Shown one piece after another: positions 53,364 to 64,000 of a DNA stretch of 64,000 bases (its first letter is position 1; the number at the start of each line of letters is the position of its first letter). This DNA comes from Eledone cirrhosa (taxonomy: Eukaryota). The stretch spans positions 95,170,001-95,234,000 of the forward strand of contig OZ024742.1 of NCBI GenBank assembly GCA_964016885.1. The letters run 5' to 3'. The notes beneath the pieces were generated by a model. The model was not told the origin of the DNA. It was given only the letters and a program-made list of their open reading frames with translations, and made no database searches. Made by a program: the position numbers and the translations under genes.

Positions 53364-56290
53364 ATCATCATCATCATCATACGTCTGCTCTTCCCTGCTT
53401 GCAAGGGTAGGACGGGTCTTATTCAGCACAGCATCTCTCCACTTGTCACGGTCCTTCGTCATCTCCACCGCGAGCTTCAGCAATCTGAGGTCTGTTCTCA
53501 CCACCTCCGCCCATGTTTTTCGTGGTCTACCTCTACTACGTCTTCCTTCAACTGGCATTTCCTGGCACTTCTTCACCCATCGGTCATCCTCCATGCGCAT
53601 CACATGTCCATACCACCTCAGTCTCCTCTCCCGTACACTACATTCTATGCCTCTCAGACACAGTTTCTCTCTCAACACATTCATGCTGGGTCGTTCACGT
53701 ACATTGACACTGCACATCCAACGGAGCATGCTTGCCTCATTTCTCTCCAGCCGTCGCATAACCTCTGCAGTTGCTGCCCATGTCTCACTACCATGCAACA
53801 TCGCGTTCCTCACACAGGCATCATATAATCGGCCTTTCGTACGCAGGGAGAAAACTTTCTTCATCAGCAGAGGAAGAAGCTTCCTAAACTTCTTCCAATC
53901 CGTCCTTATTCTAGATACTATGGCCTCAGAACACCCCCTCCCATGTTAATCTGATCTCCTAGGTACCGGAAGCTATCCACCACTTCTATAGCACCCGCCT
54001 GCATTTGAAAAATGTGTCTATCAATGCGACTTCTACTGTCTAATTTCCTTGTACATCTACTGCATACATATTTCTCCCTACCTGTTAGTTTGCCTGCTAT
54101 CCCGCTACATCTCTTGTGTACCCAGGATCTGCATTGTGTGCATTTTATAGAATTTATGCCAGTTCCTGTTCTGCATATCGAACATGGCCATTTCCCTGAC
54201 AGAATCAGTGTTTTGTCATCTTTTCTACTCATCAACACTTTTGTCTTAGCTAGGTTCACTCTCAGTCCTCTTGCTTCCAACTGCTGTTTCCATAGCCAGA
54301 ATTTATTCTCTAGGTCAACAAAGGCTAAGTATAGTGGCTTATTTTTCTCTAAGAACCTCTCTTGCAATTGTCTCACCAAGAAGAGGGCATTTGCTGTACT
54401 GTTCCCAGGCACAAAACCAAACTGCATCTCATCTAGTTTGACTCTTTTTCTAATTAGTTGTGCTAATATCCTTTCTGCCACTTTAATAACCTGATCCATC
54501 AGTTTTATACCCCTATAATTGCTCCTCTCCAGAGCATCCCCTTTACCTTTGTAGCAATTTATGAGAATACTGCTGCACCAGTCTTTGGGTATGACACCAG
54601 CATATATATACTGATTGATGATGCGTACAACCAGTTTAGTGCCTACATCCCCTGATGCCTTCAGGATCTCAGCAACTATTCCTGATGGTCCAGCAGCCTT
54701 ACCATTTTTCATTTCCTTAATCGCCTCTTGTACCCTATATTCGTCAATCTCAATAGCTGGTCTCTCTGTCAGATCTACTGAGGGTAATTTCTCTCTCTCC
54801 CATTCGTTCTCCACATTCATCAGTCTCTCATAATGACATTTCCAGGCCTCCTTTTTCTGATCATTCGTGACACTAAGTAAACCGGCATCGTTCCGGACAC
54901 ATTTATCTCCAACAACATCCTGATTTGCATTGACACACTGCCTTGCAATGTGGAACACCGCACGCCTCTGATCTTCCCGTCGCAGAATATTGGCATATCT
55001 CCTACTATCAGCCTCCCTGCGTGCTAAGTACACCTGACGTCTAGCTTCTCTCTTAGCGGCTGTATATTCTTCCCTTCTCCCACCCTTTTTCCAAGCCTTC
55101 CATGCTAGCCTTTTGTCTCTAATGGCCTTATCTACTGTGCTGTTCCACCACCAGGTCACTCTCTGCTCTAGCCAAGTTTCATCAGTAGCCTGCAGTAAGT
55201 TGTCACGTAAGAAATTCCAGTTATCTGTCATACGTCTCTAAATCGTCTTCTTTTTCGTCATACACATCTTGAAGGGCTTTCCTAAATTTGTATTTTAGTG
55301 AAAGGTCTTTTAGCTTCCAGACTTTTCTTCTCCACACCTTCCTGTATATCTCATTCCATCTCTTGCTTACTGAGATATCACTAACGACTAACCTATGCTG
55401 TGGGGTACATTCTACCCCAGGGTATGCCTTGGCATTAGACACTATCTGCCTGTCCCACTGCCTAACTAGTAAGAAGTCAATATGGCTTATGTGCTCGCCA
55501 GATTTGTAGGTTATTAGGTGATTGGCAGGTTTCTGGAAGTTTGTGTTGCAAATAGTCAGTGTACTTGCATCAGAAAATTCAAGAAGTCTCACTCCTTCTT
55601 CATTTCTTGAGCCATAACCGTGCCCACCATGTACCCCAGTGTAACTATCCTGGAGCTGTCCAGCATGACCATTCAAGTCACATGCTAGCATAACGATGTC
55701 TCCGTCCTCTGTTATTGTGGTTGTTTGTAAATGTTGCTCATAAAAGCAGTCTTTCTCATCTTTGGCTAGGCCTGCTTGGGGAGCATAAGCAGATATGATT
55801 GTCAGTAGTCTCGTGCCTACAACTAATCTAAGCTTATTTATTCGATTACTAACTCGAACTACCTTTATTGTCTTATTGATCCATCTCTCAGCCAGGAAAA
55901 TGCCTACTCCCCCTAACCCATCATCCTTACCTACACAGAAAAGCTTATAGCTAAGATATTTGCCTACTACTAGTCTTGCAGAGGCACCTTTCCATCTCAC
56001 CTCTTGCACGCAGCACGCAGCACACATCCACAAGCCTTCTCTCCAGCATCTCCGCTTTTTCAGCATATCTACCTCTGAGAGTGCCAACATTAAGTGTTGC
56101 AACTCTGAGATGTGACGTCTTCATGTTTTGTTGTTGTTCCTATCTATTTGTAGCTGTGCTGATAAGCGTTTTGGCATTGATACACTGGTTGGATGCCCTT
56201 CCTAACACCAGCACCACTTTACAGCATGGACTGGGTGCTTTTATTTGTTCCACCAGCACTACAGAGGTTGTCTTACTAGACTCAAGGGCC
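53364..56290 (-). mobile_element. Near full-length RTE LINE (APE, RT with internal deletion, PHD-like finger) with a (GAT)n tail
   Basis: ORFs 55221-56102 (QEVRW, SAYAP, DLNGH, IDFLL, TPQHRLV), 53918-55231 and 53298-53864. The 5' region carries the GGGCATCC motif at ~56190-56210. Confidence 0.92.
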
Positions 56291-56868
56291 CTCTCTACCC
56301 CTCCATTTTACAACATGGTCATAGAAAAAAAAATATATATATATACACACACAAATATATCCAGATACATACACACCCTGATAATGTGTATAGATATGGA
56401 TATCATTTACACATACACAGAGAAACATACACACACAGGAATCTTTTGCCTGCATCATGTTTTGAAGCAGTCACCTGGCAGGATTTAATAATTTGAAACC
56501 CAGAGACCTCTTAGAATTTGGTTTATTTGATTGGTCTTATCTTTTTTGTTATATTGTCTACAGCTTGCCTATTTATCTTTATATTTATTTATTTATTTAA
56601 GTTTTCCTATTAATTCAATAATTTCTCCTTGTTTTTTTCCCCTCTTCCCTACTGTATTTACTACAAAAATGTATCTGTCTTTTTAAAACCAGTAAAACAT
56701 AACAAACATAGACATAACAGAAGATAAAAAGAACTAATATAGCTTCGGGCTATCTGTTTTTTTTTTATTCCTTTTATTTTCATCTTTTTAGGTTTTCTCT
56801 TGATGGGTATGTTGTTTTAACACTGTAATATGTATGTAAATGTTTATCTGTTTGGATGTGTATAGACT

Positions 56869-56903
<35 letters not shown>

Positions 56904-57107
56904 GTGCATATATATATATATATATATGCACATATATATATATATATATATATATGCACATATATATATATGCACATATATATATATATGCACATATATA
57001 TATATATATGCACATATATATATATATATGCACATATATATATATATGCACATACATATATATATATATGCACACACACACATATATATATACACAATAT
57101 ATATATA

Positions 57108-57152
<45 letters not shown>

Positions 57153-57920
57153 AATGCCTTACGTTTTTGCTCTAAACATTATTAAGTCACGTAGATTTGT
57201 AAACGGTAAAATTTGAAAGTAAAACAAACATACTAGATGTACAAATTCAAAAATATCAGCAACAAACAAATTAAACTAAATACGTCTTACTGCTGAAGAA
57301 ACAAGCAATGATAACCAACCATTACATATGTTGGAACAATATCTATCTATCAATCTATTTACCCCCCTCTTTATGTATTTGTATATATATATGTGTGTGT
57401 ATTGAGTGTCAACCTTTTGAACAAAGCATTGAAGTTTGTGTTTGCTCATTATGAGGTACAGTCATGATCTGTCTGTCTTAAAATTCATCCATAATTTACT
57501 CAATATGTCAACTAATAATTTTAGCTATATACCACCTGCTGTCATTCTTTAGCTTGCAGTTAGTTCTTCAAATGGCTTCTTTCCCAATTCATCAACTTTA
57601 TATATAAAATAGCTACCACATTTATATCTTATTATTTATTATTAATTTAAGTTTCCCGAGGTTCCTTTATTTCCAATTTCTATATCAAATAAATATGACA
57701 TGTTGACTATGATGTTAATCACTTTCCTTGTAACTAAGGGGATAGTAGCTCATAGCTATTTGTAGTTTACATGAACTCAAATAACCAAATTGGTGTGGTT
57801 TAATTTGCAGAATATTGAAAGTGTTGGCAATGTAAATAGTGAATTAATAGCTCTTCGTGGTTTTAGGATTTCTCTCTCTCTCTCTGTATATATATATATA
57901 TACATTAAGAACAAAATTGA

Positions 57921-58073
57921 GGTTTCACATTAAGGTCTCTATTGATTATGCACAGTTACAACCATTTCACAGATGGGTGGCTCAGGGCCTATACCATTTA
58001 CATGGATCCTGAGCCACACATCTGTGAATCGGTTATAACTGTGCATAATCAATAAAGACCTTAATGTGAAACC
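57921..58073. repeat. Hairpin with ~68-bp arms next to (TA)n
   Basis: GGTTTCACATTAAGGTCT...GTGGCTCAGG pairs with CCTGAGCCAC...AGACCTTAATGTGAAACC. Confidence 0.85.
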
Positions 58074-58803
58074 ACTTTCTTAATATATACACTCTGCCAA
58101 ATCATAGAGTGCGGACTTTGGTACCTTGCACAGTGAACCACAAATCTACTGAAGCCCTTAATTATTACATATCATCATCAACTCTGTTTAATGCTCATTT
58201 TTCCACGCTATCATGGGTTAAACAAGTAGTCCTGCTGTGAGACAAGCCAGATCAGATAACCATGTCATGTTCATACAGAACTGTTTCTGGCTTGGTTTCT
58301 ATGGCTGGATACCCTTCCTTTACAGTTAGGACTGGGGGCTGGGGTTGGGGGGGGGGGGGTACATCAGGATTGGTGAAGTTTTAGGACATGTGTCTAGTAT
58401 TAGGATGTGGGAGGTGCATGGAAGAGGGAGGGAGGGATGTGGATGAAGGGTGGATTTGTTTATGTTGTAGGGGTGTATGAAAGGGAGAGGGAAGGGAGTT
58501 CATACAAGATGCATGCTTCAACCTGTGCTCATGAAAAGGCAGGTCTTCTGTATTTTGGCATAACCCAAAAGATCTTGATCTTGCATCATTGACTATATAT
58601 GTCAACAGTTGATCAACTTTCATCAAATCAGACCAAGGAAACAATGTTTCCATTACTCTTTCCAACTGCTAATAGTATCTATCAGTCACAACTCCAGGTA
58701 GAAGGAGCAACATGAAATAAAGAGTGTTGCACAAGAACATAACACATCACCCGGTCCATAATAATAAATGTGAAGACTAAAATCCGAAGAGGGCTCGATA
58801 AGG

Positions 58804-58853
<50 letters not shown>

Positions 58854-58887
58854 ATATATATAAACCCATAGAGCAAATATTTATAAT

Positions 58888-59029
58888 AAGTACAGATTGA
58901 AGTTTGAGCAAAGAATTGCTGCTTTCACCCTTTTACGGGATCTTCTGAAGCTGAGAATCTTCTGAGTTTCAAAAGACCCCATAATAGGGTGAAAGCAGTG
59001 ATTCTTTGCTTAAACTTTAATATGTACTT
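58888..59029. repeat. Hairpin with ~60-bp arms between TA tracts
   Basis: AAGTAC..AAGTTT.AGCAAAGAAT..CTGCTTTCACCCT pairs with AGGGTGAAAGCAG..ATTCTTTGCT.AAACTT..GTACTT. Confidence 0.8.
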
Positions 59030-59146
59030 GTGATGAATATATATATAAATATATATATATTATGTGTGTGAAATTGGATGTAAAACGATGATGATATATA
59101 TATATATATGACCAGTTCTATCGAGTGGTGAACCAACAAACCTAAA

Positions 59147-59181
<35 letters not shown>

Positions 59182-59353
59182 AGATACTATTTATAGTTAT
59201 GTATATACTATTCTATAAACAACTATAAACAGTGATGGTCAGTAATTTACTTATTTACCAGTAAGATAAATAGCTCAATGTAAGAACATCAGTTGTTTTA
59301 CAGAGCAGTAATATTGAATACACAAGAATCAAAGTTATGTTTAAAATATTTAA

Positions 59354-59402
59354 TTGCTGACAATTGTTTCTTCCAAACCTAGGCTTGGAGTCTTCGGAGC
59401 AT
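59354..59402 (-). ncRNA. Hammerhead ribozyme variant (CCGAAGA core)
   Basis: UGCU-CCGAAGA-C-UCCAAGC CUAG GUUUGGA-A-GAAA-CAAUUG-UC-AGCA. Stem III is the palindrome ACAAUUGU and the cleavage triplet is GUC. Confidence 0.7.
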
Positions 59403-60052
59403 TATTAATGTTTGTACACACAATTAACTTCCTATCCAACTGAAGAATCATACAGATACATATATATTGACAACAGTTTCATGTTTTCAGTGTGGAATGG
59501 ATGCGACATATATTATATTATACTTAAATTGTACAATAATTAAACTAAGATTAAAATCAAAATTAAATTTTAAATTAAAATTAAAATTAGAAGCATAGGG
59601 TGGAATACTTGCGACAGATAATACAAGAGAATAGTCTAATAATTAAATTAAAGAGATAGTACATGCGTTAGTTATATATAAAATAATGGAACAAGCAAAT
59701 GTATCATGCATATATGAGTACTGTATGGCAAGGTATTACAAGCAATACAAGCACTTTAAGCGAATATGTTAGTGTATTATGGTGGTTGTAATGCGGGGAT
59801 ATTTTCTGTATAGTTCAAATTTGTATGTGTGTATAAAAAGAAAGTTACAGATTTCACATCCATTACATAAGGTACGATATATTCGTATTGAATGTTTGTT
59901 ATAGTAATGGATTGTAATGTATTGTAGCTTAGTGTTATTTAATCCATATTTATAGATTAGAGTTGTTCAGCTGCGTGAATTTTCAACGGTTTAATATCCG
60001 GAAGTGGGTATGGAATTAAGGGGAGCTAATGCCATTTATATAGTATATATAT

Positions 60053-60259
60053 ATACGTTAAAGGCCAAACACACTGAGACGATGGTTAAACCGTCATCCG
60101 CACAACCATAGAAACAACCAAGTAATTCGGGTCAAACAAATAAAAAAATATGTGATATCACATATTTTTTTATTTGTTTGACCCGAATTACTTGGTCGTG
60201 TCTATGGCAGTGCGGATGACGGTTTAACCATCGTCTCAGTGTGTTTGGCCTTAACGTAT
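60053..60259. repeat. Spacer-less palindrome with ~103-bp arms
   Basis: Centre ATATGTGAT|ATCACATAT at 60156/60157, with only a few mismatches. Confidence 0.92.
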
Positions 60260-60422
60260 GTTGTAGCTCTGGTTCGTCAGAATTATTGAGCGCTTGCCAC
60301 ACATCTCGGAAATCGTTTTTTGCTAATTCCAAAGCCGAAATACGATTCTCGCTAATTTATATTTGGTCCAGAATTAGCCGTCGAAACGGCTTGAGCTCAG
60401 CTGTCGGGGTCCTACTCGTTCC

Positions 60423-60453
<31 letters not shown>

Positions 60454-60844
60454 GGCAATTTCTGTCTGTCTGTGTATAATCAGTTGGCGCCTACGCCATG
60501 ATGTGATCCTGATGAAACTTTACACACATGTTAAGCTAATATTCAGAAACAGGACTGGCTAAATAGATTTTAATAAAAATCAATAATGGAACCCCTGTGG
60601 ACATCTTTACAATGGAGGAGGAAAGAAAGAGAAGACGTTTCAGTGAGAGAGGGGGAATAGGAGATACTTTTACTGTAGTAAATCCTCCTTCCCACAATTC
60701 CCCTTCCTCCTCCCACAACTCTGTCCTCCAAAATGAAGCAACAACTTAGAAATATACATAAAGAAATTTCAAACAAAGCAGACAACAAGACAACTAATTT
60801 TGGTTGACAACTGAACAGATGTCTCTGTATATATATATATATAC

Positions 60845-60930
<86 letters not shown>

Positions 60931-60937
60931 CGTTTCT

Positions 60938-61236
60938 GAATTTGTTTAGCAAGATTCTTTATCTGAAATCGTGTGTTGAAACCGATATTGTTATACTTTG
61001 GGAGGGTCATGTTGCCAATAAGAAATGTATATGTATATATATGTATATATATGTATATGTATATGAATTTGTTTAGCAAGATTCTTTATCTGAAATCGTG
61101 TGTTGAAACCGATATTGTTATACTTTGGGAGGGTCATGTTGCCAATAAGAAATGTATATGTATATATATGTATATGTATATATATGTATATATATGTTTC
61201 TTATTGGCAACATGACCCTCCCAAAGTATAACAATA
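60938..61236. repeat. Tandem duplication (~127-bp period) plus an inverted partial third copy
   Basis: GAATTTGTTTAGCAAG...GTTGCCAATAAGAAA occurs twice, then TTTCTTATTGGCAAC...AACAATAT. Confidence 0.85.
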
Positions 61237-61261
61237 TATATATATATATATATATAAATGC

Positions 61262-62110
61262 GGAAATACCCACTTTATAAACAATGTTTTGATACACTGA
61301 AAAAATCCCTCCAACATTTTCTACTGTAAAATTCAGTAGAAAGTGGTGGAGGGATTTTTTCAGTATAATATCAAAACATTTATTTATAAAGTGGGTATTT
61401 CCATATTTAATCGTGGTACCAGTTTCAGCGTTATATGCTTTTCCAATGGCAGAAGTGCAAAGTGCAGTTGATTTGCATATTTATACGAATAATAATAACG
61501 AATAAAAATAAATGCTTTTCAATATGTACGGCTCGTTACATTTTAACTTCAAATACCGCCAATGTCATCCTTCTTTTTCATCCTTCATGGACCTATAATA
61601 TAGTTGGTAGCTTTCCTTTAATAGAATCGATAAAATCCACTTTCTTCATTTCCCTGAATCCTGGAGGTTGTGCTGAAGATAGAATTAGTATTTCAGTAAT
61701 TCTGAATCTTTCTCTTAGCCAAATTATAACGTCTAAGTTGACTATTTCTGAGATAAAACAATGTTTTTATTGAATTACTTCAGTCATTCGAAGGGCTTTA
61801 CAAAAATTGTTTTTGAAAAAGAAGGATGATATTGGTGGGATTCAAAGTTAAAATGTATTGAGCCATACATATTGTAAAGCATTTATTTTTATTTGTTATT
61901 ATTATTATTCGTGTAAATATGCAACTTAACTGCACTTTTCACCTCTGCCACTGAAAAGGCATATAATGCTGAAACCGGTACCATGATTAGATGAAGAAAT
62001 ACCCACTTTATAAATAAATGTTTTGATATTATACTTTAAAAAATCCCTCCAGCATTTTCTATTGAATGTTTTCCTTTTTACTATTTACTCGTGCGTCACT
62101 TTTCTACATT
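61262..62110. repeat. Nested inverted repeats (61262-61402; 61335-61580 vs 61814-62066), Penelope-like termini
   Basis: Three alternating copies of GAAATACCCACTTTATAAA..AAAATCCCTCC. A degenerate hammerhead CTGAAAA-GGCAT ATA ATGCT-GAAACCGGTA lies at 61951-61980. A homologue occurs at ~5195-5350. Confidence 0.75.
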
Positions 62111-62134
62111 ATATATATATATATATATATATAT

Positions 62135-62308
62135 TATCGGTGGAGGGTCGGACGCCATGCTTTGACGCATGGAGTTACGGCCCTTGCCATTCTGAGTTCA
62201 AATCCCGCCGAGGTTAACTTTGCCTTTCACCCTTACGGGGTCGATAAAATAAAGTACCAGTAATGCACTGGGTAATTGCTGGCCTTGTGCCAATAGTAGA
62301 AACAATTA
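62135..62308 (+). mobile_element. SINE-A
   Basis: Consensus motifs, slightly 5'-truncated. Confidence 0.85.
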
Positions 62309-62417
62309 TATATATATATATATATATATATATGCAAAATTTTTATTTAAAATTGTTGGGTTACAACGAGTAAATATTTTATAACTGATATAAAGCACTC
62401 AACAAGTTTTGGAGTAG

Positions 62418-62795
62418 ATATACGATATTAAACAAATGGAAACTATATTTATAAAACCATATTTATTTCATTATACATATTTCAGGGATACCATATTAAA
62501 AATATGGCATGCCTTCTTCAGATAAAATACAATATATAAGCAGTTTTATAAGTAAATTTGACGTACCATAAGATATTGAACAACTTCCATTTAAAAAAGT
62601 TGGTTTGGTACCAAACCAACTTTTTTAAATGGAAGTTGTTCAATATCTTATGGTACGTCAAATTTACTTATAAAACTGCTTATATATTGTATTTTATCTG
62701 AAGAAGGCATGCCATATATTTAATATGGTATCCCTGAAATATGTATAATGAAATAAATATGGTTTTATAAATATAGTTTCCATTTGTTTAATATC

Positions 62796-62801
<6 letters not shown>
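62418..62801. repeat. Spacer-less 384-bp palindrome carrying a hammerhead in each arm
   Basis: Centre GGT|ACC at 62609/62610. The 192-bp arms are colinear and I saw one mismatch. Confidence 0.95.
62690..62755 (+). ncRNA. Type-I hammerhead ribozyme (mirror copy on minus strand ~62464-62529)
   Basis: UAUUUUAU-CUGAAGA-AGGCAUGCCAUAU AUUUA AUAUGGUAUCCCU-GAAA-UAUGUA-UA-AUGAAAUA. Confidence 0.75.
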
Positions 62802-62848
<47 letters not shown>

Positions 62849-64000
62849 TTCCACTGATATGGATTCTGAACACGTGGACACGCTTAGGTCACATTAAGGT
62901 CAACTGCAGGAATCGATGATAAGTTACAAAAAAGTGTGATGATCAAAGACCTGGAAGTTGGCTTACCATGAGATTAGTCCAAAGAATGAAACCCAAATCG
63001 TATGTTGACGAATATTCATACTCCTGGCATGTAAACTGTAACATGCTGTCTTTGAGAGTAGAGTTTATTTTGTCAATATTTCGAGGTCTTGGATCGTGGC
63101 AAGATTAACTTCTCCCCCATTATTGACACTTTGTAACAGTGAACGTTACGAGGCCCTCTTTAGGGCCAACATTTCTGATTGTTTATCCAACTTATTATGG
63201 TGCCTTTTCTTGGGTTATGTCTACTAGAGGGGGAAAATGGGGTGGTTTTAGTGAATTACTTCAGTCACTCGAAGGACTTTACAAACGGTGATATACAGGG
63301 TGCTTGAACAGTATCTGAATATGTTCACTTGGTTATAATTTCTTCAATAATTGCGATGACTTCCTCAATTGTTCTGTGTTTGTTCTTGAGACATTATGTT
63401 TGTTATTCTTATACATAAGTTTGTTGAATAAGTTTGATACTCTTGAAGCTCAAACTTCTCCGGCTTATTCACTCTGAATGAAGAAACCTGGATAGAAGAA
63501 GGACTTATGAGTTACACAGCTATTGATAGTTCCACACAAAAAAATTGATCTGCCATAAACACATCTAGCAAAGGTTGCTATTGAAAATCCAGAATTGGCA
63601 CCTGGGGTCGCTAGCATTTTCAAACACACTCTGGGAACTGCAGTTAATATATATTTTTTGCGTATGTGTGTACAATTATCACGGAAGAACCGTCTGTGAA
63701 ACTGGACTGTGTTTGACAACATTAGGGTAGATCCTTCCACTGGTAATTGGATATACTACTTGCTCTCGATAGTCATGTGAAAAGACAGGAAGTATATGAT
63801 TGCAGTTTATCCATTTAAATATTTACACATGCTAAATTTGACATCACATCTATGTGGCTGTGTGTTATACAACAGATATGAGGCCCCATTCCCACAGATG
63901 GCTCAGTCACATTTATTCCTGTCATATTTTGCATGTATAAATGCATCACTTAAATTTATATTTATCATGAAAAACCTGAACACTTATAATATATATATAT

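Noticed and set aside
49190-57216. Many YI/CV/HT-rich ORFs
   Set aside because: These are translations of (TA)n, (CA)n and (TG)n microsatellites.

Overview
This is AT-rich, intergenic or intronic eukaryotic DNA made almost entirely of repeats. It has long (TA)n/(CA)n microsatellites, two abundant tRNA-derived SINE families, RTE, R4/Dong, CR1 and Tx1-like LINE fragments, one decayed full-length Gypsy (CsRn1-like) LTR element, Helitrons and small DNA-transposon MITEs. The repeat landscape looks like an octopod cephalopod; this is an inference from the repeat families, not a database result. I cannot support any host exon, and most listed ORFs are microsatellite or antisense noise. The most striking structure is a dense set of palindromes and inverted repeats lying next to (TA)n tracts. 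Several carry recognisable minimal type-I hammerhead ribozymes (CUGANGA-stem II-GAAA-palindromic stem III-UH). The set includes a 4.8-kb inverted Penelope element with a GIY-YIG remnant, spacer-less palindromes of about 200-380 bp, and a ~425-bp, 1.4-copy, hammerhead-containing direct repeat resembling a retrozyme. All coordinates were read by eye and may be off by a few bases.
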